From assembly GCA_008632985.1 (NCBI GenBank), contig QPGO01000115.1:62001-126000 (forward strand): a stretch of 64,000 bases of DNA. Reading direction: 5' to 3'. This document shows, one piece after another, positions 46,340 to 59,001 of the stretch (the stretch's first letter is position 1; every line of letters begins with the position of its first letter). A program made the position numbers and the translations under genes. The notes beneath the pieces were generated by a model. The model did no database searches and was not told the DNA's origin. It saw only the letters and a list, made by a program, of their open reading frames with translations. This DNA comes from Psammoneis japonica (Eukaryota).

Positions 46340-47771
46340 AGTGACATGCCATTGAGACTGAAATCACAGCAACAACCTTGTGCGAGGCAGAATGACATCA
46401 CATCAGAAAAGATGAAGAAGTGCCGTGCCACTCACCACCAGGTGTTTCTCCACCCTGCAGCACTTGCGTGGCATCATGCCATGACAGCAAGTGGCAAGCA
46501 TGGCTTTGGTTTGGCAGCCCATCATTGCATCAAAAGGGGCAAGCCAGTGTTTGATGATTCACTCGAGCGCACCTTTTTGGACGTGGTTGATGTGCTCTTT
46601 TGCACCTGTGGCGTGCCTTGCTTGCTTGTTGATGGCACACCACCAGCCAGACACAAAAGACTGAAGAGACTGGAAATGCCGTCACTTGGCACCAAAAGTG
46701 CCGGGCATGTTGATGGGGTTGTTCTTGTGACCCCAATGTGTGGGTGCATTTTCAAGGTCCTTGGACAAGGCCGAGGACAAGACGGTTTGTCACATTGACC
46801 CCAGAAGAGGAGCTTGCAGTCAACTGCATGATCACCATGTTGCAATGCTGCACCAAAGGGTCATTGTTTGAAGAACACCACTGTGGTGTGCCAACATCTG
46901 TCGGGATGAAATGATGGGCTTCAAGGCATTGAGTGACGAGGAGAAGGAGTGGCTGTTGCCCTTTGCAAGTGAGGATTGAGGCCACCTGTGAAGAAAGAGC
47001 AAACCCCATTTCCTCGTTTTTCTTCTGAAGAGTCAGGTAAAAGGCTCATTTTTCCAGGCCCGAACAACGCCCTTGCTGATGTCATTGTGAAATGCCACCA
47101 CAAGGACAGATCATTCGGTTTGCATGCCCTCAATGACTTTGAATTTGGTGACAAAGTGTGCGAGTTTTGGGTTCAAGAGTGGCCACTGGGAGGCAAGAAG
47201 CCAGATGACATGGTGTTTGCAGAGCCTTGACTGAAGGTGATCCAGTGGAGGGAACTGTTGTTCATGTTGACCAGAAAAAGTGCGCCTTTAAAAAACGTGA
47301 TGGTCAGCATGAATTCTCGGGTTGGGACATGCTAACTTCTCACTCTTACGGTACGATCCTAATCTGGCTTACACGGATTATCACGGAGAAGATCACAAAG
47401 ATGACTGGCGCGGTGTTTATGCGACGAGGAACATCCAGGCTGGGGAACCGTTGACTGTGGATTACACATGCTGTGGGATCGCAGTGAGTGCGACGAGAGC
47501 GTCAATACTTGCAACTGTGGCGCAACCAAGTGCGTCGGGACTCAACGAGGATTCAATTTCTTTTTGAGCGAGGAAAAGCGCGAGAGAGGGTTGATGTCAT
47601 TCAAACGCGTTCCTCTCCTCATGAAGGGGAAAAGTACGATAAGATCATCCCTGGCGAGGCGCTGTCCCCTTATGTGAGAAAGCAGTAGAGAACGCAAAAG
47701 ATGAAGCCCCAGACGCAGACTCCAGCAGCATTGAGTCGTCGAGTTCCGAGTCAGAATCCGATTCGGAGTAG
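46340..47771 (+). pseudogene. Tandem SET/post-SET domain gene, frameshifted, with a hypermutated 5' portion
   Basis: Domain 1: GKHGFGL, CSCDPNV, EELAVNC. Domain 2: FGLHAL, HSYDPNL, YATRNIQAGEPLTVDY and post-SET CNCGATKCVG. Confidence 0.75.
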
Positions 47772-47919
47772 GTTCTCTTTGACGACAACATCATCAGTTG
47801 CAATCTCTAGCAAGAAGTGCCAAATAGTTCATGAGCCTTTCTCGAACCGACTTTACCAGTAGTTTGCTTGACGCTCGACAACTACTAACGTTGACATTAA
47901 TGTGTGTCACCGGCAACAA

Positions 47920-50186
47920 TTAGAATCTCGTGTAATTCCGTTTTGCTGCATCCGCATTCTTTCTCGCCTCGCTTCTATAGCCGAGATTTCCGTCAAAGAC
48001 ATTAATCCATGAAGCTCTTAGCGTATCCTCGATCCCCGCCTCTTTGCAAACAGAGAGAAGTTCATTCCCATCTTGGCTGAAAGAAACCAGACCAAGATCC
48101 TCCAGATCATCAAATGCTGCATTCACGTCAATGTCCACATTGCGATCACACTGTATGAGTTGGTTTGTCTTCTCACGTCCCTCCTTCACCAGATGATACC
48201 GCGACGGTTTCTCACGCTTCATAGCGGCCGTGGATGATGTCGCATCATTTCGTTTGACTAGCCAAGAGTAAACGAGCGAAGCTCTTGCCCCGCGCTGTGA
48301 TCCTGCCTCTGTCGCAATGTATTTGAGAGCCCCAGGTCCTCGATGTGAAATTTTTGAGGTCAAAAACTTGTTTACCAATAGGTCATAGCGGGCTATCTTG
48401 TTGCTATACCGAAAGAATGTCCGAACGACCCAAAACGAAACAGACACAATTGCCAGCAGATCTAGTTTTGGGTTGTCAAATCTCAGAGTACCGAAGACTG
48501 CAGCAAGACTGAAAAAGCTCACCAGATCAAAGACAAAAGCGTCCGCGGGACGAAAAACCAGCTTTGTCTTGGGCAGGACAGCCGGTAAGTTTGCCATGGG
48601 TACATCGTCAAATGCTCTAATTTCAAGGGGAGGAGTCGCTAGTTCCGGTTCAGGTTCCGGCTTCTCGGGCAAGCGATCTTCTACCGCGAATATTTCAGCG
48701 ACATCATACACTACCTTTGGAGGGACTCGCTTGGGCTTTGGCTTCTTGGGAAGATTGCGCCATACCACTACAACTTCCTCATACGTAGGTTCAACGAGTT
48801 GCGACTTCTCAAAGAATCTCTCGACGAGTTGGCTCCTACCCATCTTCGAAAATAGGTCAACCACATTACTGATGCTTATCCGTTTCAACAGCTGCACCGC
48901 TGGCCTTTCAGTCAGTTTCTGTTCAGCGTCGTACTGGCATGAAAAGACTCCTTGATTGAGCTTTTCGTAAATGTCATGATCTGCGTTCTTTTCCTTGATG
49001 GGTTCCTCGTCATTCACTTCACAAATAACAAAAGGCATGAGCGCGTCCGACGGGTTCGGTGAGCCCACAAAACGAGTCTTGGACCCCCCGTAGCGACTCA
49101 GCTTGAACACTTTGCTTTCGCCTTCTTGATCGACAGAATTTTGGTTCGTTATGGAATCGTTGCCTGTGCCTTGGTCCTCCAAGCCCCATTTTTGCCCGAG
49201 ATATTTTGACACTCGACGAGACGGACAGTCAGAATGATTCTGGTCTGCAGGGGACGTATTATGTCTCGCTGCACCTGTCTGGCGATAACGAGTAAATTAG
49301 ACCAGATTTTCCGCTCGATCTTTCCTATTCGAGTGGTCACGAAAGCTGCTGCGCCCTGAACTAAGCGAGCTTGCAAGTAGTCGAGCTTGGGCAACAGTAA
49401 CCGTCCGACGGTCTCCTCGGAAGAGAAACCTCGTCTATATACAAGTACTCGACTATCAAAGAGAAATTCCTCATTGCTGCATAATGTCCCGTTAGGAAAG
49501 AAGCGTTCCGGATAGAACTCTCTGCAGATATCCGGATCTAGATTGGACACATCTGGCAGTATTGAGAGACGCAGCAAATAGTCTGCATTCAGGGCTTCGC
49601 ATAAGTCCAAGTCACGCTTCGTCAAAAGCTCAAAGCCCGCGTCCTCCAGTGAACTCCGAAGAACCGACACGAGCTTAGCTTCTTCTTCTTTGTCAATGGG
49701 TTCAATTCCGTTGCGTTGGTTGGTATTTTCTTCCTTCTTTTCTGGGCGACGCTCTGTGTATTTGAGCTTGGAAGTTTCAGCATGGGCTACTGCATGGAAT
49801 ATTGAGTCCAGCTTGGACAGCATGCACGGTGGACGAAACAAGTGTGGCGGCAAGATTGATTTTGAGGAGGGTATCTTTCCGTCGGACCACGCAACTATCC
49901 GGCACACAGCATTCCCAACTCTGTTTTCGTCGGCCTCGTCAGTGACGTTGTTGCCGCCGTTTACTCTCTCGTCTTCCACAGCTTTGCCGTCATTCAGTGC
50001 TTTTGTTATTATGCCGTTGCGTCGGACTCTTCTTCTTGTCCGTATCGTCCTGGATATTGCAAAATCGAGGCAGTAAGGCAATCTGGCTTTCACTGGCAGA
50101 CGAGAAGTTGTCGGCACTAATGCAGTCGCGAAATGGGTCGATTGGACGTAACTCGCAATCACTATCAAGACAATCCACCTCCGCAT
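47920..50186 (-). CDS. DUF3754-family protein with signal peptide; apparent frameshift near 49210
   Basis: ALNADYLLRLSI, RVLVYRRG, EPTYEEVVVVWR, AFDDVPMANLPAVLPKTKLVFRPADAF; joins ORFs 49149..50303 and 47920..49212. Confidence 0.75.
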
Positions 50187-50625
50187 TGCTTTGTTCTGTG
50201 GCACCAGAGCCATGGTTTCTAGTTGCTCAGTTGAAGAAGGAAACATCTGCCACCGCAACATGACCGTAGGGTAACTCTCATGCTCGTCGCCCAAACACAG
50301 CAAGCTCGTCGGAGGTCGGAGGGAAGTGCTCCCATTCTTTCACGTAGGTCCTCATACATTTTCTACGCAATTTCGAAATCTCGTCACGCATAAAAAAACA
50401 GACGAAACACTACCGTACCATACACAAGCCATCTCCTCTCTCTATTAGCTCTAGCTAGCTAAGAGTAGAGAGTACTTGTACGGTATCTAGCTACTAGTAG
50501 AGGCTATCTACCGTATCAACATCATGATGCTCGCAACAAATTTGAGCTTAATGTTGATCACCGAAGCTTAGGCGCTCTCGATGTGCTGAAGGGAACACTG
50601 CCCGAGAAACGGTTTGCCGGTAGTC

Positions 50626-51741
50626 CTAGTTTTTCATTGACTGGTCGAAGTAGTGTTGAATATTCATCCACGTTTTCTCTGATGCGAGCCTTTTCAATGC
50701 TTGATAAACCGCTTGCCTTTCCCTTTTAAAAAATATTCCGAGTAGGCCTTTCCTGTTTTGAACTCCACGAGTTCATCTTTTGCTCTAGATGAAGAAATCC
50801 CAACAACTTGCGTACCGTTTGTTCATAGCTTGCACCATAATCCTCGTAGTGAAGAATGAGAGTAGGGAAACCGAGATTATGAGTGGTGATGAAGGCTAAA
50901 TTGTGCCATTGTACGTAGCGAATAAAGTCAGCGCGACACGGAACATCCTGCAAGATCTCCAACACGGATGAATCCAAGAGCTTACTTTCTTGCTCTTCTT
51001 CCGCATAGGCATCATCCACGCTTTTGCAAAAGGCTCGAAAGCCCTTTGGAGTTGCGTCAAAGCTTTCGTATTCACGGGTAACGTTGGGTCGCTCGCGATG
51101 TTGATAATGGTGAAAACGTGACACAACATTGTCGAACGGGTTCCGAATCAGGTGAACCGCTCTTTTAACAATTCGAGGATCATAAACACCTGGCTCGCGG
51201 ATGATGCTTCCGTTTTCGTCTGGGTAGGTCCGTTTCCCCAAGAACATTCCCTCAAGAATGTGAAGGGAGTTTCAATGTATCGCGAAGGGCCGCAAAGATT
51301 ACAGCGTCCTCCACAATGAGTCTTTGTTAGTACAAACGAAGTAGGGCGTTTATACTCGATGTCAAAGGATTCAATGTCTTTCCAGAAAGGTCCATTTGGG
51401 GAAGTAGTGTGGACTGGGTTGGAATACCCGGTGCTGTTTTGTGCCTCTTTTCCATAGTTTGAGGCAACTGTTGTTCTGGAGACACGATGAACCATATCCA
51501 GAGTGAAGGAAGTACCCGAGTTGGGGAACGACATGAGCCAGGCTACAGCTGGGGTCGCGTCTTTAGAAAATTCTTCCAAATTCTCTGTTGGGACGTCCTG
51601 CGGTGCCGATGGCATCCACATGCCCGTCACTTGCATCCCAAGCACGACTCCCAAAAACAACACAACAAACAGAAGCGATCTGAAACGCCAGAGATGTAAA
51701 CGACGAATCAGGGCGTTTCTTTTAGGGCTCCTGACTCTCAT
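50626..51741 (-). CDS. Membrane-anchored (Golgi-type) sulfotransferase; three apparent 1-bp homopolymer deletions (~51238, ~50779, ~50722)
   Basis: TM anchor; 5'-PSB WLMSFPNSGTS; KTHC; 3'-PB IRNPFDNVVSR; HYED. Confidence 0.8.
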
Positions 51742-52469
51742 CGCGGCAGAGGATCGAGTAAACGATACAAACATACATACAGTTTGGTCATCGCCGTCGG
51801 CACGTTGTGATGCGGCGAGCAACGATCGCTCCAGGCGAATTCAAAATTGCATGAAAAGAATACCGCTCTGAGGAACATATGAAACACTTTTAAAAAATAA
51901 CTACATACTCGTGGATGATAAACTAAGAAGGGTGAAAGTGAGTCGAGTGAATCATACATATCATGAGGGCGGATATTTATTACGGACCCATAATTTTTTG
52001 GGATAATAACCGGATGCACCGCACTAAATGCACGTGCGCTCGGCAAATGAAATTCTAGCGATAGGTCTAACTTTGTCAGTTCCTAAGACATCATAGAATG
52101 CATAAACGATGGTTGTGACCATGTGCGATCTTTAGCTTATCGACTGTAGATATGTCTATAGCCAATCAAACGCCAATTATCGGCATTTCCTGGAAAGTTG
52201 TGGCTCATCTACCATAAGCAGAGCGATTTTGGCGAAAATTAGCGGTAATTTCAACCTAGCAACAGGGCATAGGCCGTTAAGTGGCGTTTGAAGCTTCGAA
52301 CATGCAGCTCATATAGCGGTCTAACAGCCCTGATAAGGGTTTGTCGAACACATAAGTGTTTGGGGGTGTTCGGAGACGGGTCCAAATAACACGGCGAAGT
52401 GCGGGAAAATCGGCACCCATAACCCATTCGCCTCACCCCCGTGGATGTATCCTTAACTTGGACATTGCT

Positions 52470-52745
52470 TTGTACTCTATGTAGTAGCCCTCTCTACTCT
52501 ACCGGTAGCTAGAGTAGTAGTAGACCTGAGTCTAGCTAGCCCTACTTTCTCTCTACTATCTAGTAGAGAGGGTAGAGTAGTAGCTAGTAGCTACTCTCTA
52601 GAGAGTACGGTAGCTCTAGTAATAGCTACTCTGCCAGTAGTAGAGAGGGCCCTACTAACAAGCATTGTGGGCCACGGAAGGAATATTCTGATGCTCTACC
52701 TGCTAGAGAGTAGTTGCTCTCTCTACTAGAGAGACTACTCTCCTT
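52470..52745. repeat. Low-complexity TAG/CTA/GAG-rich intergenic tract
   Basis: e.g. ctctactctaccggtagctagagtagtagtag and tagtagagagggtagagtagtagctagtagctactctctag. Confidence 0.8.
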
Positions 52746-52948
52746 CCATAACAAGTAGACGTACAGTACCATGCAATCCAGAGAGTGAGGAGCCGAGCTT
52801 GTGATCGAGCGCCCCTCTCCCATGAAACAGAGTTTGAGTTGTTGGGATGAGCAGTCAAGTGCTACCTAACCATTGACAAAGAACATACTATCATACTACT
52901 TTATGACGCCTCCGCTCTAACAATTTAAGAAGCGTGAATGTTGTTCCT

Positions 52949-54311
52949 TCACTTGAGCCACACAATAGCAACGCAGACATTGTCAAAGGAGCCTCGCCTT
53001 ACCGCCTCTTTTGCCACGATATTGGAAAGACCACGTCTCCTTTCGGCACTCGTCTCACCCACGGCGGACTCCATCTTTTTATGAACAAACTTGACAGCCT
53101 CCTCGTTCGAAAAAACATCCCATAGACCGTCACTGGCCAAAATTATAAATTCATCACCAGCATCGGCAACGGGTAGCTGCATAATCTCGGGTTCGGGGTT
53201 TACAATGGGTTTGTGCTCGCGGTCTCCAATCGATCTAGACACACCCAAAAAACCATTCACACGATAAATTTCTCCGACATCATCATAGACCACCTGACCA
53301 CCCATGGATGCGATTCGCTCTTGTTCCAACGGATCTCCGGGCTTGTGGTCACGGGTAAGTGGAATCGCGCTTCCCATCCGACTCAGCACGGCCCGGCTGT
53401 CTCCCACATTGGCCGAAATGAGTGTTCTCTCGCCATCATCGCTTTCATGCAACAAGACCGCAACAGCGGTACTGCCCTGATCCTTCAAAGCATTCACCGC
53501 CAACACCTCGCGCTCCACCTCTGCAAAAGCCTTCTTTAACGCATTCACTCGGGCAGTGAGTGAAGGCTTCCAACCCTCCTTGCTGAGGTAGCTGCTAAAG
53601 GAATGGTACAGGTGTGCTCTGAGAAATGCAGAGACTCCGGCACCTCCGTGTCCATCAAACACAGCCGCAAATCGACCACCATCTCGTAGCAAATAATTAT
53701 CCTCCATGTACAAGCGATGTCCCTGAACAGCGCCGACTGAAGCCTGCGTGTCGATAAAACAGACGAGAACAGTCATCAGCAACCGAGTCAGAAACAACCC
53801 GCACACACAGCGCATGCTGTCTCTAGCTAGGCCATACAACACTTACATCATAAACATCAGGATATGGTGATGGTCCCACTACAAGTCCTCTCGTAGGAAG
53901 ACGAGCTCTCCATGGCTTCCCGTCTAATACTTCACTAGGTGCTTCCAATGGCTGTCCCGAAATGACAAGCTGAGCACCGGCAGCAAACGACGCTGTTGCT
54001 CCTACCGCAAGCATAGCTGCCATACACCGTTCGACATTGGTAAGTCCGTTCTGATGATGTTGTTGTGAATGAGTTGTCGTCGTCCTATTGGTTGCTGTGG
54101 AAAAGGCAGCTTCCGACAGAGTCGCATTGGCACGTTTCGTGTATCCCGCCACTCGTGCTGGCCTCATGAGCGACGATGATACGACTCCCGCGCACGCTCT
54201 CTTACTTAGCTCGCGTTTCATCGGTTCTGCTGATAATCGGACAGCTGCATTGACAAACATACTTGTTCCGTGACTGTAAGAGAGTCTGGGAAGGGCAGAA
54301 GAAGGACCCAT
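52949..54311 (-). CDS. PP2C (PPM) protein phosphatase, paralog 1; intron 53744-53846
   Basis: QGHRLYMED, VFDGHGG, GSTA, ANVGDSRAV, DHKP, SRSIGD, LASDGLWD, DNVCV. Confidence 0.92.
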
Positions 54312-55159
54312 GGTGGTGTGTTTTTGCAGCGGCAGGGACGATTGGCAGGTGTTGCGGATGTTGTGTTGTGACTGATGGCACTGTTCTCTCTGCTTCCGTT
54401 CTCCGTTGAGAGGGATGTTGAAGCAAACGGCGGTGTGGTGGCTGGGTGATGGCTGTCGGACGTTTTACGTACGTCTTACGTAGAATCATACCATGTGACG
54501 CACGGGTTTGAATCAGTCCAAAACGGCTTTGGGGAGTGCAGGGAACATAACGGCACGTCACAACATTTATTGAAAAATCAACGATGCGTTACATTGCTTA
54601 TGGAAGATAACGGTTATCGCCACTCCGCGAGTTCGGCTGCGCGTGGATGAATGAATCATGCATGATGTTTGGTGTGGCAAGGCAGCGCAGCAGGCGCAAA
54701 GCAACAGTAACGAAATTTCAAAAAAAGGACACCGCAGCGCAGCCAACAACAGCACAGAACACCGACCGTGCCTTTGACCGTGCGAAGTTGTGTGGGAACC
54801 ACGAACGACAAGAGTGAAGAGCGAGTGCATGCAGCGCATGAGATTGAACAACTGGGGGCTCATTTCCCTGTTTCAAAGACACGCTCAGAGTTTGCACGAA
54901 GTTGGGTGCTGCAAACCACTTTTGAGGAAAATCGTGCTGGCAAGAGAGCAAAAAAGTGTCGAGCATCGCGCACGAGGCTAGGCAGCTGAGCTCTTCTGCT
55001 CTCCTGTTTCAAAAGGACGAAATTGGTTTTCAGATGTGCCAGCAAGCACCACTCATGTGCAGCCGAGTTTTTTGTTTTGTGTGAAAATTCAAGAGATTGT
55101 GCCTTCCCATCAGCCCATGACACATGTGCTCCGGAAAGCAGCTTGCTCTTGTGGGGCAT

Positions 55160-55190
<31 letters not shown>

Positions 55191-55269
55191 CACTGAACAA
55201 GCAACTTCTCCATTTTTCCTGGCTCTGCTGGCACCTCTCTTCTTCTTTTTGTTGGCTGTTTCCCCCACC

Positions 55270-56010
55270 CTTTTTTTTGCCAAACGTCCATTTTTTTTGC
55301 TGGCGGCAAGCCCAGTGTTTGCACATGGACATGAGCATGTGTCATGCATTGCAGTCAATGCCAGTGCATTGTCCATGCACATCATCATTGTGCATCAAAA
55401 ATGCAAATGCTCTGCGAATGCAGCAATCTTCAATGTGCAAAACCTGCAAGCAAAAATGCACCTCCATGCACGAATGTTTGAGGTTTCAAAATTTTTCACG
55501 ACTTGTCGAAACGCGACGACAATGGCGACCGCGAACGCAATGTGCTCCACCAATGGCCACAATCTTGCCATGACACTGACACATGTCAACAGCACATAAC
55601 TCATTTCACATGTGTGTGCCTTGCTGTGCTTTGACATTGATTGGTCATGGCAAAAACAGCTGAAATGTCAAATTTTTTTGCCCATCGCTTTTTGACCGCA
55701 TGAGCCAACAATGAGCCCGCTGCACTCTCATGTGTCAATGACACTGCACATGAGTTGACAATGCATTGTGCACTGTTGATTGTTGTGGCTCTTTAAGACA
55801 ACGCCATTGAGAAAACGGTGACCGCCGAGTCGCCATGGTGTGGTGGTTTCTTCCGGGGTTTCCAGCCATGGTGCACCAACGGCGAATTGGCAGTGCCAAA
55901 ACTGAGTCATGTTTGTCGAGCTAGTGTGGCTGCCACTTTGTGCATCATGTGCCAACCATTCTCAGTGGTGGGGCCACCAGCAAAAAAAATGGATGTTTGG
56001 CAGAAAAAAA
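55270..56010. mobile_element. MITE-like element, about 740 bp, with about 35-bp terminal inverted repeats
   Basis: tttttttgccaaacgtccattttttttgctggcggc (~55271-55307) is the near reverse complement of gccaccagcaaaaaaaatggatgtttggcagaaaaaaa (~55973-56010); ggctgtttccccc lies near both sides. Confidence 0.5.
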
Positions 56011-56020
56011 CAATGACTCA

Positions 56021-57110
56021 GGCTGTTTCCCCCCCAATGGCCGCCAGGATTTTTCACACATCAGACAACTCTCTCTGAATGGAAACTTTCAGTGTCTTCA
56101 GGGAAGCTTTGCCCAAAGCTCTTGGACAACACAAGCAACTCACACCAATCCAAAAAATGACACTGGGGGACAAAAAATGTGCACAAAACACACCATCTGG
56201 TCAACAGTCCAGTCGGTTGCACCGCGCAACAGAGATCGTTGTGATTGCGTCCGATGCCACGCAACACGGATGCAAAGGGCAAAACTCAACTGTTTTTCCT
56301 GCTTTTGTTCTTGTGTTTGGAGTTCCAAGTTTCTTGTTTTTCCTTGTTTCTTCTGTCCTGTTGTTGGCGACCACGATGATTGCGAGAATGGCGAGGCATC
56401 GCGCGTCGCGCGTGGAGTGTTCTTTCGATGTGGCTGTCTTTCGACTTCTCCCATGTCACCCCCATGCCTTTCAAGAGTGGTCCTAAGAAGATGCCAACGA
56501 CCCCCACTCCCAAAGAAGGGAGGGGGCACACTGCTGAACAAGCCATTCCCCACTTCTCTTGGCTCTGCTGGCAGCACCCTCGGTGCCTGCTCTGCGCCAA
56601 GCTCTCCTCTTCTTTTTGTTGGCTGTTTCTCCTTTCTCCCCCAATGGCCACCACCAGGATTTCACACATCAGACACCTCTCTCTGAATGGAAACTTCAGG
56701 GAAGCTTTGCCTTGAAGCTCTTGGATGACACAATCAACTCACACCAATCCAAAAAACGACGCTGCTGGGCGACAAAAAATCAAACACACCGTCTGGTCGA
56801 CAGTCCGGTCGGGCGGTTGCCATGCCAGCCATGCGATAGAGATCGTCATGATTACGTCGACATTTTCTGATGCCACGTAATACGGATGCGAAGGGCGAAA
56901 TTCAACTGGGTTATCGTCCCCTGTTTTTTTGTGTTTGAAGTTCCAACTTTCTCGTTTCTCCTTGCTCCTCCTCCCGTTGTTAGCGACCATGACGATTACG
57001 AGAATAGCATCGCGTGGGGTGTTCTCCATGGTTGTCTTTCGACTTCCCATATCGCCTTCATGCCTTTCGAGAGTGGTCCTAAGAAGAAAGCAACACCCAC
57101 TCCTAAAGCA
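56021..57110 (+). repeat. About 600-bp tandem duplication of the promoter and 5' CDS of PP2C paralog 2; the upstream copy is hypermutated
   Basis: 56021-56515 aligns with 56621-57110; 55191-55266 aligns with 56528-56630. Confidence 0.85.
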
Positions 57111-58451
57111 CGGTCAATTTTCATTCAGCACCTTGTCGAGCGAGGTCCGCCAACAAACACAACTGGCTGCGACGCGCCGTGAAAAGTACTCTGGATTCGT
57201 GTCGTCCTTGCGAGCCCAAGAAACGAATGCCCTACAGCAGATTAGGTCAAATAGAATTGCTAATGCATCCGCATTTTCGACAAGCGCGAGAAAGAGGGTT
57301 GAACAAGAAAGCTCGTCATACTCATTCTGGTCTCCTCAACAGAGCATGTTTGGTGTTCTCGCTGTTGGTGCCATTGGGTCCTTTGCTGCAGGAGCATCAT
57401 TTGTACTGACCAGACCGAATGCGACGTGTGATCCGCCACCGACTGACATATTGGATGATAAGCCGTGGAGAACTCGCTTACCGACGAGGCGCATGCGCCC
57501 CGTTGGTCCGTCGCGTTATCCTGATGTCTATGATGTAAGTGGCAGGTCGAACCGACGTGGCAAGCTTCGTAATCTTATGAAGATTACTTTCCTTGGCACT
57601 AATCTTTCTCACCTATTTATACGAAACTATACTTTATAAAGGCTTCTGTCGGGGCTGCCCAGGGACCACGCTCGTACATGGAAGATAACTATTTGCTACG
57701 CGACGGTGGTAGATTTGCTTGCGTATTCGATGGGCACGGAGGAGCCGGTGTGTCTGGATTCCTTCGCGAGCACCTATACAAAAGTTTTATCATGTACGTC
57801 AACAAAGAAGAGGCAAAGCGAAATTGGGAGCCAACACCTTCCCTAGAATCACGAGTAGTTGCCCTACGATCAGCCTTTCGAGACGCCGAGCGCGAGGTAG
57901 TGAAATTGAATGCATTAAAAGATCAGGGTAGTACAGCTGTCGCTGTTGTTTTGCATGAGGATGATGATGGAGAGCGGACACTGATATCTGCAAACATTGG
58001 GGATAGTCGTGCTGTCCTGAGTCGAGCGGGTAAAGCTATTCCGCTGACGCGAGATCACAAACCCGGCGATCCGACAGAACAAAAGAGAATCTCGTCCATG
58101 GGTGGTCGAGTAGAGTACGATGAATACGGAGATTTATATCGAGTGAGAGGTTTGGGAGTATCACGATCTATTGGAGACCGCGGACTGAAACCAATTGTTT
58201 ATTCTGAACCTGAGATCACGCAGCTCCCCGTAGAGAATGAAAGCGATGAATTCATAATATTGGCAAGCGATGGTTTGTGGGATGTGTTTACTAACAAGGA
58301 GGCTGTGAGATATGTTCACAAGAAAATGCGGGCTGCCGAGGGTTCCACGAATGCTGAGAGGAGACGTGGTCTCTCAAATATTGTTGCTAATGAGGCAGTC
58401 CGAAGGGGCTCGTCTGACAATGTTATCGTCGCCATTGTGTGGCTCAAATGA
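56989..58451 (+). CDS. PP2C phosphatase, paralog 2; intron 57535-57641; start codon tentative
   Basis: QGPRSYMED, VFDGHGG, ANIGDSRAV, DHKP, SRSIGD, ASDGLWD, SDNV; exon 1 shares KPWRTRLPTR..GPSRYPDVYD with paralog 1. Confidence 0.92.
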
Positions 58452-59001
58452 ATGGTCCATTCTGTCACTTTTGTGTATGCATGGGAATACGCTACTGCTC
58501 TGCTCAACAAGGAATCAATACAAAAACGCTTTGTGCTGCTATAGGTTCATTGCTACAATAGAGAGCCCGACCAAAAATATGTTTTTCAATTGTCGGTCAT
58601 CTATGCATTCTCAAATCTTCGTGTACTACTTTTATGCTTATGGGTTGCCACTCGCCACTTTTATTTACACTCTAGGCTCTCTGCCGCACCTACGAATTGC
58701 TCTCTAGAGTACCGGTAGCTAGAGCTCTACTGTATTCATAGATTCATAGACTACTTGAGAAGCAGTGAGACACGGAGATTGTGCAAGCTGTTGCTACTGT
58801 ACAAGTTAGGCTTTCCGGGTCCCCAGCCATATCAACCTCATTGACGTCATTGTGACGGCATCGTACTAGAATGTGTAGAATTATACATGGATCAACAACG
58901 CGAACGTTTTTCTGCTCTCTTTTTTTTTTTCAGAAAAGCAGATGGCAATGATGCAGTATGTTTATGGGAAGAAGTTGAAGTAAACGTTAGTTTGAGAAGC
59001 A

